From: Paraspadella gotoi
Taxonomy: Eukaryota > Animalia > Chaetognatha
NCBI GenBank assembly: GCA_051294375.1
Contig: JBJCIZ010000660.1
Location: 1 to 21,658, forward strand
Length of the DNA stretch: 21,658 nt
Direction: 5' to 3'
This document shows, piece by piece, positions 1 through 10,330 of the stretch. The notes under the pieces were generated by a model, which was not told where the DNA came from, did not search any database, and was given only the letters and a program-made list of their open reading frames with translations. The position numbers were made by a program, and so were the translations under genes. Position 1 is the first letter of the stretch; every line of letters begins with the position of its first letter.

Positions 1-212
1 TAATTAAATAAAGTTTTCATTTCCGGGGAAAAAGAAAATTTTAATGTGATAAACATTTTAATAGAATTTTGACTTGAGATTATCAATAAAACTGTAATGC
101 CATTGAATAGTTTGCAGAATGAATGGGCGAGAGATAATATTCAAGTTATAATCATTTTTCTGACTTGTTTCAGTACAAGTATGAAACATATGCACAATTA
201 CCATTTATAGAG

Positions 213-320
213 NNNNNNNNNNNNNNNNNNNNNNNNNNNNNNNNNNNNNNNNNNNNNNNNNNNNNNNNNNNNNNNNNNNNNNNNNNNNNNNNNNNNNNNN
301 NNNNNNNNNNNNNNNNNNNN
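213..320. other. Assembly gap (108 N)
   Basis: Run of N seen directly. Confidence 0.99.
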
Positions 321-354
321 TATCTCCGGACAGCTGCCCATGATTCCAGCTGAT
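321..354 (+). CDS. Possible exon fragment of an upstream gene with a Rid/YjgF-like domain (possibly DPH6-type C-terminal domain)
   Basis: 322-354 reads ISGQLPMIPAD, resembling the Rid/YjgF ISGQI(G/P)xxP motif; followed by GT at 355. The left side is cut by the gap, and the match is from memory only. Confidence 0.3.
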
Positions 355-629
355 GTACTTTATAAAGTACTCTAAGAAAAAGTTATTCTAGGTTTAGTTC
401 TAGAGACAATAGTTTTGCTTAACTAATCTATTACAATTTTCTTCGTTTTATAATTATAGGTTTGGAAGTAAAAATCTAATAAAATGATAGGCTAAAAAAT
501 ATATTTGGGATTATTAAAAAAAACAAAAAAAACAATACAATTACAGAAAAAAAATGATCTTTTAATTTCAAAAATATTATTGTCTACATGTGTCTATAAT
601 TTATGAATTTTTATGAAAAAACACTTTTT

Positions 630-732
630 AATGGACAAACGAGTTTATTGACAGAAATTAGTCGGACTCTTTCGAGTCTTCATCAGCGTTTTTGCTTAAT
701 CAACAAGTTTCTCTTTTTAACATTGAGTTAGA

Positions 733-786
<54 letters not shown>

Positions 787-1060
787 CCAAAAAAGAGTGA
801 GGAAAGAACAGTGGTCAGATTTTGAGATCAGGTGAAGGTAAGGACAAGGTTGAATTTTGAAAGGTGAAAAAATGAAGGAGAGAGAGATAGAGAGAGAGCG
901 AAAAAAATATAATAGTGAAACAAGTAATTTGAAAATTTTCATAATTACATTTGGCAATGTACAACAAAGATATAGTAAATAATAAGCAAACTTAATATTA
1001 AAACTAGTAGAACTAACAAAGTAAATAATTCAACTAGTTAGTTAATTAAGAATGAAATAT
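630..1060 (-). mobile_element. Solo Penelope-like pLTR-type repeat (divergent subfamily), non-coding
   Basis: Same order of modules as 6887-7433 and 19170-19735: TTTATT, hammerhead-like core, (GA)n, GTGAG..AGAA..GTGGTCAGA (798-819), second (GA)n, GCAATGTACAAC (954-965), A-rich tail. Ends are approximate. Confidence 0.65.
650..692 (-). ncRNA. Degenerate type I hammerhead ribozyme motif (HHR1)
   Basis: Minus strand: CTGATGA-A-GACTC-GAAA-GAGTC-C-GA..., a perfect 5-bp stem II with a GAAA loop; AATAAA at 649-644. The GAAA box and stem III are damaged or mis-sequenced. Confidence 0.55.
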
Positions 1061-1371
1061 GAAAAACAATTATGAATTATAATGTTAGTAACAGTAGAAA
1101 TGATTGAACAATATTTTCCGTTTACTCTCAGGCTATTTCTTTTCTGATCTTTTTGTTTTTTATTTCAAATGTTTTTCGATACCCTCGAGAGGCGCACAAG
1201 GTTGGAACAAATAAAACAAATGGTTCCTCAAAATTTTTGCCGTGGCAACAATATGTATTTTAATTACCCAAAAAATGAAAAATTAAATCAATAGAAATTA
1301 GATAAATTCGTATTTCTTTTTTTTATTTTATAATTTCCATGTAATGGATTATTAACCTAATTTTTTCCTTC

Positions 1372-1374
1372 CTC

Positions 1375-1417
<43 letters not shown>

Positions 1418-1420
1418 CTC
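1372..1420. repeat. (TC)n microsatellite / polypyrimidine tract
   Basis: Seen directly; lies just upstream of the CTGCAG acceptor at 1442-1447. Confidence 0.9.
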
Positions 1421-1447
1421 CTTCTCCCCCTCACCTCCACTCTGCAG

Positions 1448-1603
1448 TTCGACCGGGTTGCCTGTCAGGCCCCGCGTCTCACCATGGCCTACGGTGGCCG
1501 GTGGCCTCAAATGCAAGGAGGCCTCATGACCCGGACCGCCGGGATGCACCGCGTCCGCACACCATACAATACGCGTGATCTCTGCCCAATTGATGGGGCT
1601 GTG
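1448..1603 (+). CDS. Probable GC-rich exon of the upstream gene (frameshifted); possibly continues the Rid/YjgF-like domain
   Basis: Strong polypyrimidine tract plus CAG acceptor and a GC-rich island; reads ..VACQA(P)RLTMAY.., loosely like the Rid helix Q-x-R/K-L-T-L. The 3' end is uncertain. Confidence 0.35.
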
Positions 1604-1789
1604 GTTTGGATTTTATCGTTGATGGAGTCTTTTTGTTCATTTTTTGTTTTCGTATTCCGGTGTCTGATGTTATTGTTTTAAATCTTTGTCGAGTTTTTGT
1701 TGTTTAGATTTCACCCGCTGTTTCGTCCTTTTCATTTCCTTCTCTTCTCTCTTTCTTATCTTTTCTACTTTTTCCCTCTTGATTACCCT

Positions 1790-1880
1790 CCCTTCTCTCT
1801 CTCTCTCTTTTCTCTCTCTCTCTCTCATCTTTCTCTCTCTCTCCCTATCTCTCTCTCTTATCTCTCTCACTCTCTCTCTC
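1790..1880. repeat. (TC)n microsatellite
   Basis: Seen directly. Confidence 0.9.
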
Positions 1881-4800
1881 TCGTCGACCTTTTTCTTCGG
1901 TGGTCAGATTCTTTTACCATCGAACCGTTCTACCAACTCATTTGCCACTCATTTAGGTTTCGTAGATAGTATACTCTTGATATCGCCCGCTTTCAGTTCG
2001 CTTGTTCTATGAAATCGAAATAGAGGACAACCTTTTTTTTTTTCTCCCTTGCTGACAATGTCGTAAATGCTCCAGTGGTCACTATTTTTAAAGTTTTTTT
2101 AACCTTCAATGCGTTTAATCAATTGAGTAAATTGAAATTAGATAACCGATCGACTTTCGACTGCTTTTCACCGCTTGCTTTTCACCCGCCTTCCCCATAC
2201 AACGAGTCAATCGACCACCCACGAGTCACGTAACCCCAGAGTCTAAATGAATTCACCACCCGGAGTCGCTTCACCTTGTTATCTCACGACGCCACGACCC
2301 TCTTGAACCACAGGACAACAACCCGTTCTTACCCCACTGCCCGCCCTACCTCGACGCCATCTTTTCCCAGTCTTTTCTCGCTGAATAAATTCGACGTACG
2401 ATTTCCGATGAAGAAGAAGAAGGGATGGGGGGGAAGGAAAAGGTGAGGAGGGGGAAAGAGAAGGAGTAGAGGCGAGAGTTTTGAATAGAAGGAAGGAGGG
2501 GAAGAGGAAGAAGAAGAGAAATATGGAAAGAGGTTGAGAGAAAATGGAAGAGAAGGGATAATGACGAAAAGAAATATGAAAGAGGTAGACAATTAGTTAA
2601 TAAACCGAAGCGACGCGAAATCAAACAGGAATCAAATGCCTTTGAATTTGAGAAAATACGAATACGACGCGATGGGTCGATAATAGCAGGGCTTTTTTTT
2701 TAATTTATTTTTAATTTTTAAACCTTTGTCCTTGTTATTTTATTGGTGTAGTTTTTTTGATTTTTGGTCTTCTTGAGCCTTTCGCTGTTTTTTTTCCTCC
2801 CTCGAGTGACCAAAGCAAATAATCATATTCAAATCCTTCGTTAAATTTAAAAACTTTCCCGAATCCACTCCCCCGTTCCACCCTTTCCACCCTATTCCAC
2901 CAACATCATCCACCTTTCCGGCGCCGTCTGAATTTCCCCGGCGCCCTTTTTTCGCGGCGCCAACGAACGACGGCGAACATTAAAACGACGCGGATTGGCC
3001 TGAAACGCGCGGATCGATACCGCCGAATTGAGCTGAAATTCGGTAGGAATTCGACGAACGACGCGATTTAATGACGAGAAATTCGGAGGAAGGGAGGCGG
3101 AGCAGAAGGGAAGGGGGAGGAAGAACGACGCCGACGACGACGACGACGACGACGAATTGGTCATCAATCGAAAGGGTAGGTCGAATAAGAGGTTTTCGGG
3201 GCCTTTTTGGAGGAAAGAGGTTAGGAGTGAAACCTCTTCCGGATCCTAAGGCTTTTAATTTCGTCGGGTCATATTGAGCGAAGATCGACGACGACGACCG
3301 ACGTATATCTGACTACAAGAACGACGACTTATCGCACTACACAGAACGACGAATACCGAACGACTAAGAACGACGAAACAATGATGACGATGGATATGAT
3401 TATAGATGTCAATCATCAGCAAGTCAGGGGACAAGATTATTTAATAAATGAAATAGATTATTTCTTATTGGTTGTACCCACACTCTTCTTAAGAGTAAAA
3501 ATACTTATTTCGATTTCTTCAGAATAGCTTATTTATTGGATATGGATATTTTTTATTATTGGTTTGTACGCAATTATCATGAATTTTTCCTAATTTATAA
3601 ATTCTTATTTTTCTTCACTTTTTCCTTTTATTTTTTTTTCTTTCTTGTTCCAACTAATAATTCCTTTTTCACTTTTTCCCTTTTCTTTTGTCCCCCTTTT
3701 CTTTTGCTCCCTTTCCTCTTTTCCTCACGCCTATCTTACATTAAGGCGCTCTTGTAGTTTCTCCCTAATGATCCTTTTTCTCTTTCTCTTTAGGACGAAT
3801 CGAAGTTCGCGTGTCTGTGGGGTGATGAAGAAAGCCGAAAGAAGAGATGGTAAAAGGCATCGGGTTGAGAGAAGTAAGGAGAATGACAAAGGACCTTTGG
3901 AGATATAAGATTTTGGTTTTGTGATTGGAATCTGAATAGATAAAATACTGATTGCTAATAGAATATATATAGGGACGGAATTGTGATTAAATAGATGCAT
4001 AGAAGAGTAGACGGGATAGATTAATATAGACGCAATCCAGCTTTGAAGAGTAGCAAAACCGCAAGGATGAACGATTTGCCAAATAGAAAACTCGTAAGTG
4101 ACCGAATTCCGTCTTGAACCAATTGGTCAAAGGGAGGGAACGCTCTCCTCATCATCATCCGACTTCCTGACCTCCTCCTCTTCCTCCTCCTCCTCCTCAT
4201 CTTACTCCTCCTTCTCCCACTTCGTTTCGTTGGTCTTAAGGTGTGGGTTCGACGATTTCTCTTCGAGTTTCCCTTGACCCGTTCGATTGGAGTGACGGAC
4301 GTCTAAAAAATAAAAAAAAGATTTACACCGCGAGAGGGAACGAATTGTTGATACCCAAAAGATCAATTTGATGATTTCACAATGTATAATCTAAATTTCC
4401 TATTTTCTAATTCTAAGTTTTAATATTACGAACATCTTCCCTATTTCTGCTTTGACCTTTTCTCAACAACGTAATTTTTTGCACAGAAGCGGTGTTAAGA
4501 AACTAAAATGTTAAACTGCTCGAAGGACGATGAATCGGCATGGTGTCGAATTTTTAAACAATGATTCTATTATTAGTTATTCCGAGTCCTTAGTCGCTTC
4601 TTGTTATGTAATCGCCTACATCCGACCGTGTGGGACTTGTGATCGAAATTTCGTTTCTTCAATATTTTTCCTTTCACTTTTCACATCACATCCTCGCATC
4701 GACTTGAGAACTAAACTCGCACTCACAACTCACTCGCTCTCTCAGCTCGAGCAGCAGCATCTTTCACCAATCAACGCCCTATATCTCTTATCTTCTAGTC

Positions 4801-4975
4801 ATCAGCCGATAACCTTACCACTCCTCCACCGCCATAATTCCCCTTTCTCTGTTCCGACGGAAAACGAGCCCCCGCTGCAGCCGCAATCGACGCCGCTTTC
4901 TCCATCGATCACTCTCATTCGGAGCGGCCGGATTCACAACCCACGGCGCCGCGATAGAAGACGCACGCGACCACG

Positions 4976-5068
4976 ATGGAGAGGTGACACACTTAGAGAA
5001 CGGCGTCCCGACGACCCGGAGCCGAATTTCGCGGCGATCCGTAGAGAAGGGCGGCAGGAGGCGTGCGA
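4976..5068 (+). CDS. trh: Putative first coding exon of the trh/NPAS gene
   Basis: CpG-rich block with ATG at 4976 ending at a GTGAGT donor (5069). Allowing indels it reads PT..PNFAADPxRR, similar to the NPAS3 N-terminus PTKPSFQQDPSRR. Frame not resolvable. Confidence 0.4.
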
Positions 5069-5437
5069 GTGAGTGTGGCGGCGACGGAGGGAGGGTCTGG
5101 GTTTGAAACCGAAATCGTTGTTGGTTCACTTTGTTGTTTGTCGTTGTTGTTAATACTTTTTTATTTTTAGTGTAAGGCTATAAAACACTCAATGTTACAA
5201 AACCCATTAGTTACAATGCTTTTTAATATGTTTAAAAAAGGCTTTTATTAATTAACTTAAGTACGTTTTTAACGTTCGCTTTTCTCTTTTTCAATCGTCT
5301 ATTTTTTTTTTTTTTAATTTATTTCTCCGCTCTCACTTTTTCTTCCTCTCCTTCTCTTCTTCTTAACTCTTACATTCTCTCTCCCCTCCCCCCATTCAAT
5401 TTACCGTCTCTAACTTACACCTTCTCTCACCCTTCAG

Positions 5438-5568
5438 GCATCCTGGAACCTTCGCAAAGAGAAATCCCGCGACGCCGGCGCGTCGAGCGCGGGAAGGAAA
5501 ACTACGAGTTTTACGAGTTGGCGAAGATGTTGCCACTATCCCGGCGCATCACTTATCAGCTGGACAAG
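5438..5568 (+). CDS. trh: trh/NPAS1-3 bHLH exon (basic region, helix 1, loop)
   Basis: CAG acceptor, GTAAG donor. With indel correction: [43 protein letters not shown], near-identical to the Trachealess/NPAS3 bHLH. Confidence 0.95.
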
Positions 5569-5917
5569 GTAAGGTAATGGGTCGGGCTCAATTCTGAGAC
5601 TTGATGGACGAGGAACTTTTACTAGTTTATTTTGGTTTTGTTAAAGGACGTTTAAGATTTGAGATTATCGGGTTAAAATTAAATAATTTTATTTATTTGA
5701 GATGCTGTGTATTCGTTTACAGTTTTTTTTTAAAAATAACTTTTTGAACCTTTGGAACTTAATCAAACAACAATTACTTTCTGTAACTTGTGTCGTCAAG
5801 CAATCAAGACAACATAAGAAAATTAATAAAAGTTTAACAATCTTATTTAGCTTTGTCTACTTTTGTAAAACAAGATATATTTCCAGCTTGTCCACGCCAT
5901 TCGTTTCAAGTTTCTAA

Positions 5918-6100
5918 CTATTATTATTATTATTATTATTAATTATTAATTATTATTTTCATTATTATTTTATTATTATTTTTATTATTATTATTATTAT
6001 TATTAATTATTATTAATTATTATTATTATTAATTATTATTATTATTATTATTAATTATTATTATTATTATGTATCATTATTATTATTATTATCTTATTAT
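5918..6100. repeat. (TAT)n microsatellite running up to the 3' splice site
   Basis: Seen directly. Confidence 0.95.
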
Positions 6101-6108
6101 CCTTTCAG

Positions 6109-6220
6109 GCTTCAATAAATTCGACTGACGATATCTTACTTTGAAAACTGCGGGACCTTCCCTCCAAGGAGACCCTCCTGGAACAAGGGAACGGGGGCCT
6201 CCAAGGGGAAATCGGCAAGG
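6109..6220 (+). CDS. trh: trh bHLH helix 2 exon
   Basis: TTTCAG acceptor, GTGAGT donor; corrected reading ASIIRLTISYLKLRD..QGDPPWNK.., diagnostic of Trh/NPAS1/3. Confidence 0.95.
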
Positions 6221-6622
6221 GTGAGTTCGGTGATTTGATTAAGGGTGAGACGTTTTTGATTTTTAGACTTTTTAGAGTCGGTTACTCCTCATCGTCTAGC
6301 TTACTAACCACCCCATGTCAGGTCGTTTTTTCTGATTTATATTTGTGGCGAAATTTTGTTATTTTGATTTCGGTGGATGTTTTGATTTTTGAGTTTTCTA
6401 ACTTATATTTTTTGAAATTATGTTTAAGCCCAACGAAAGGGTTTAAATATCTAATCGCTGAAAAAGAAACGAACGAGAAAAATGAAATAACGATACGAAA
6501 AAAAGTAACCAAAGGTCGACCAATGTTATAGATCGAATAGCATAAGAAATACGCTCTTTCATTTTTCCATAAAAAAGAAAATGGCGAAAATTTGATGTAT
6601 CATTTGTGTTCAACTGTGACAG

Positions 6623-6705
6623 CGACTCCTCGTCGGTCCCGACCGTCACTTCTCCCGCCATCCGATATTTTCGAAACAACATCAAGGGGCCCATAGTAAC
6701 TGCAG
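6623..6705 (+). CDS. trh: trh exon leading into PAS-A
   Basis: ACAG acceptor, GT donor at 6706; corrected reading ..PSDIFEQHQGAHVLQ (compare Trh LFEQHQGTHILQ). Confidence 0.88.
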
Positions 6706-6886
6706 GTTGAGAAGAAATCCTTTCCTTTTGTTTTGATTCGTTGGTTTTGTTTTGTTTTTGTTTTTTTTCTTCTTAGACGCTTTCAATCTCATTAAGTTCA
6801 ACGAACGTTCTGATTTTATGATTGGGCTCTCTTTTCCCAGAGACTTCCATTTCTGTCCTTTTATCAACTGATTTTAATTTAACGTC

Positions 6887-7433
6887 TAGAGAAACAAAGT
6901 TTTATTATTTTCAACGAATTGTTTTTATTGGAAACCAGACAGTGTTTCGGCTTTGGTTTCAACTTCTTCAGTTTGTGAATTAGATCAAAATATGTGGCAA
7001 AAGAAGAGTGAAAGAGAGAGAGAGGAGAGAGAAAGTTAAAGTTTCCCAACAAAGGGTGAGACAGAATAGTGGTCAGAGGTGAAGGACAGGGTAATTGAAC
7101 ACAGATTGAGTGAGTTTTTGAAAAGAAAATGAATTTGTTAGAGAGAAAGAGAGAGAGAGAGAGAATTAGACTTAACAGGGATAAATAATAAAAAATATAC
7201 AATTGTGCAATGTACAACAGTAATAAAGTTTAAAAAACTGAAAAAGATTGGTGAGAATTCTTTAAACAATGCAAAAGAGTGAAATAAATATCAATATGTG
7301 TACTAATTAGCTTAAAGAAATTTGGTGAAAATGTGAAGTTGAAAATGAAAAAAGTTTAGCTTTAATATTTTTATTGCTATATAAGAGCTAAGAAATTGAA
7401 ATTTAAGGAGTAAAGAAAGAGCTCAAAATGAGC
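6887..7433 (-). repeat. Left arm (3' pLTR) of a ~550-bp inverted repeat
   Basis: Reverse complement aligns by eye along its whole length with 8465-9022 (e.g. GAGCTCAAAATGAGC / GCTCATTTTGAGCTC; TTCAACGAATTGTTTTTATTGGAAA / TTTCCAATAAAAACAATTCGTTGAA). Confidence 0.95.
6932..6976 (-). ncRNA. Type I minimal hammerhead ribozyme motif (HHR2)
   Basis: Minus strand: CTGAAGA-agttgaaaccaaagcc-GAAA-cact-GTC-tggttt, then AATAAA (6929-6924). Confidence 0.7.
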
Positions 7434-7906
7434 TGGCCCCCTTGTTTGTGCAAAAGGAAAGGACATAGGGGATGGTGACGGGCATTGGCGCGTCAAGTGG
7501 CTGAGAGGAGAAATTGTGACCGAACTTGTAAGTGTTCGGACCTGGGGACTGAGCAGAGGGAAACCGAATCCCTAAGTGCAACTCTTATGTCTCTTTGGCC
7601 TATTAGCTGCCTGAGCCGACTGCCCTCGCCCTGTCTATACGCCTGCTGCGAGGTGGGCGGTTGATCCGTTCTTGCGGCTTTAGCAGAACAGGCAGTGGTG
7701 ACATCCATCTCCATCCGTGCACCTGAAAGAACGGATCGTTTAGGGCGACGCCCAAGTCACCAGAGAAAGGGACTGAGTTTTGCTGCATTTGAGGGAGAAG
7801 GCATCGCCTGTCCATTTGCCTGCGCAAGGTCTCGCGCCGGCCTCGTTGAGTAGAGACACGGGGAATATTGTGCGACGTGGTGGAGAACGGGCCTCCAACC
7901 ACGCTT

Positions 7907-8464
7907 TTATTTGATAAGCGAATCGTAAGCGTTGGTAGGGAGATCGAATCGTCCTCCCATCACGGTTCAAAGAGGGCTCGAGGGCTTTGATGTAAACTGC
8001 CTCTCTAATACCTCTTGAGAACCAGTTCCGGCGGTCATGGACAAAGCACGAAGACAAAGTCTGATGTCTAAACAGATGGCCCTGTATTTGCCGTGTGCTC
8101 AGGCAAGTTGCTGACAAGTAGTTGAAACTCGTCGTCTACGATAAGGCTTGTAATGTTGCTGGCAGATCTCCGGCTTCTGTCAGGAAGATTTGCCTTCTCG
8201 CCCACGTATGCTGCTCCGCGCGATACAGGCCTTGGTGCCCGCCCCTGCACAGGCCGCCCAATAGACGGCTCCTGATATTTTCGTCCTGGGAATTTATATC
8301 TTTCGGTTTCACCAACTTGCTCACCGTAAGGGATACCGCGGTCGTCACAATGGAAGTGGAGATTCCCTGCTTTGCTAGCAACCCGCACCAATGATTCAGT
8401 GATCCCCTGGTGGTAGGGGAGGGACAGAGTGACCCACGTTCCTGGGCGCTTCTGCTTATCTTCT
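7907..8464 (-). pseudogene. Penelope-type linker + GIY-YIG endonuclease, 5'-truncated and frameshifted
   Basis: Joining frames gives VTL.LPYHQGITESLVRV..KQGI..SKLVKPKD..SGAVY(8272-8261)WAAC..C..AYVGE(8208-8197)..QH..EHTANTGH..NWFSRGIREAVYIKALEPSLNRDG. This is the PLE endonuclease pattern with CCHH residues. Confidence 0.88.
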
Positions 8465-9022
8465 GCTCATTTTGAGCTCTTTCTTTATTACTCGTCATTA
8501 AATTTCAATTTTCTTAGCTCTTATATAGCAATAAAAATATAAACTAGAACTTCTTTCATTTTTCAACTTCATATTCATTCACCAAATTCTTTAGGCCTAA
8601 TTAGTACACAATTGAATTATTTATTCACATCTTTTTGCAATGTTAAAAAATTCTCACCAATCTTTTTCAGTTTTTAAACATTTATTACTGTTGTACATTG
8701 CACAAGTAATTTTTATTTATATCCCTGTTAAGTCTATCTCTCTCTCTCTCCTCTCTCTCTAACAAATTTCATTTCTTTTCAAAACTCACTCAATCTGTGT
8801 TCAACTAACCCTTCCTCACCTCTGAACAAACTATTCCCTGTCTCAAACCACTCTTGTTGAAACTTTAACTTTCCTCTCTCTCTTCTCTCTCTCACTCCTT
8901 TTGCACAATATTTTGTTAATTCACAACACTGAAAGAAGGCTTGAAAAAACAAAAGTCCGAAACATGTCATTTTCCAATAAAAACAATTCGTTGAAAACAA
9001 ATAAAACTTTGTTTTTTCTCTA
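8465..9022 (+). repeat. Right arm (inverted pLTR copy)
   Basis: Reverse complement of 6887-7433; differences are mostly 1-bp indels. Confidence 0.95.
8923..8975 (+). ncRNA. Type I minimal hammerhead ribozyme motif (HHR3), on the trh sense strand
   Basis: CTGA(A)AGA-A-GGCTT-loop-AAGTCC-GAAA-CAT-GTC with palindromic ACATGT stem III; AATAAA at 8976-8981. One extra A in the core. Confidence 0.7.
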
Positions 9023-9974
9023 AATCATTTACAACGAAAAAGAAAGGTTATCATATATTTTAACGTCAAAAATTAATCAAATATTTTATAAAGCTATAAC
9101 TAATCTTTAGCCTTAATCCCGATCCTAACTTAATCCCAAACTCTGATTCTAAATACTTATCCTTCTTAAACATAACAAACCTAACCATAATTGCTAAACC
9201 TAATCCTCATCTTAATTAATGACTTAATCCTTGACCAACTCCAACCGTAACTCACCTAATTTTTTAAAAAAATAAATCAACAATAATTTTAAAATTAAAA
9301 AACGAAATGGAACAGTTTGCGAGAATAAGACCAGGATTTTGATTTCTAAAATCAGCCCGATAAATGACCAAATTACCAAAAAACAATGTAAAATTTTAAT
9401 ACCGATATGCCTAGCAACATTTTTAAATTTAAGATCATTTAAAATCCTTCCGTAACAAACGCTCGTGGCAAATCAGCTCCCCGCATCCACGCGACTTTCA
9501 CCGCGCCGTCCTCTCACATCACCACACTCGCTCCTCACATCGCCGCCTCCGCCGAAGACGTGACTTCATTCCAACGAACGAGACCGTGTTCCGACGGAGA
9601 AATGAAATCAGACCAAAAAAAAAAGTCGAGACGCTAATGAAAAACAAGAGAGAAAAAATTAGAAGGGAAAAGGAAGAGAAGGGCGAGTCGATGGAACTAA
9701 AGAAGGGGAAAAAGGAAAAGGGGGGAAAAAAGGAAAAAGTTAACGAACAAGAAAAGAAGCGAAGAAAGAAATAAAGAAGGAAAAAGTCTCTTGGAAACAA
9801 AAATAAGTTGAGAGAAGAGAAGAAAAATCATGAAAAAAAACGAAAAAAGGAGATTAAAAAAATATCAGAAAGAAAATCAATGAGAACAAAAGAATTAAAA
9901 AGAACAGGAAGAGCAAAAAAAGCAATAAAAAGAAAAAAAAGATAATGGAAGAAAGAGAGAAAGAGAAAAAAAAA

Positions 9975-10330
9975 GGGCAAACGCCAATGGAGTAGTTTTT
10001 ATTTTTCTAAACCGGAAGTGGATAGTAGCTCTCCGAGAATCTCAGCTGTCATCGAGTCGAGGTCGTCTTCGTCGTCGTCGTCGTCGTCGTCGGTCGCCGC
10101 CTCCAACCGCCTCTCCTTCGCCTTTAACACATTCAACCCCCCCCAACTCTCCCTTTGCCGCCTCCTCTTCTAAATCGTCGTTAATTCGACTCGCCCGCAT
10201 TCGCTTTCGGCCATCCCGATGGAACTTTATTCCACCGACGCGCTTCTTTGCATCCGTCCCCTATCTTCTCATTGTCTATTTACTTCCCGCCGCCGCCGCC
10301 ACAAGCACGGCCGCCGCCATTGGCTGGCAC
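9975..10330. promoter_or_regulatory. Candidate intronic promoter/enhancer (CpG-rich)
   Basis: CCAAT 9984-9988, perfect ETS site ACCGGAAGTG 10011-10020, CATTGT+TATTTAC (SOX/FOX-like) 10270-10283, GCCGCCATTGGCT (YY1-like/CCAAT) 10313-10325. Motif evidence only. Confidence 0.35.

Larger units (their letters stand above)
6887..9022 (-). mobile_element. 5'-truncated Penelope-like retroelement with an inverted pLTR at its 5' end, intronic and antisense to trh
   Basis: Inverted arms 6887-7433 and 8465-9022 flank a ~1030-bp GC-richer core encoding a PLE-type linker plus GIY-YIG; each arm ends in a hammerhead-like motif plus AATAAA. No RT motifs seen. Confidence 0.88.

Noticed and set aside
340-360. 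CCAGCTGATGT as another hammerhead core
   Set aside because: Lacks the GA of CUGANGA, stem II and the GAAA box.
700-4000. Supplied ORFs rich in LSLS/RERE/FFL
   Set aside because: They are translations of (GA)n/(TC)n and purine or pyrimidine tracts with no domain signal.
4530-5072. 180-aa ORF as a standalone gene
   Set aside because: No recognisable domain; better explained as 5' UTR/promoter sequence plus the putative first trh exon.
5438-6220. single-minded or HIF-alpha identity
   Set aside because: [26 protein letters not shown], GDPPW and SETVSIYLGLSQ are Trh/NPAS1/3-type, not Sim or HIF.
6887-9022. Cut-and-paste DNA transposon with long TIRs
   Set aside because: The core encodes a PLE-type GIY-YIG, not a DDE transposase, and the arms carry pLTR hallmarks.
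6861-9067. Target-site duplication (TTATCA..TTTAACGTC at 6861-6886 and 9048-9067)
   Set aside because: Short, AT-rich, imperfect and offset ~25 bp from the right arm end; cannot be supported at this error rate.
10219-10248. STDALL resembling a Trh C-terminal motif
   Set aside because: Six residues, in the wrong place (the intron before PAS-A); likely chance.
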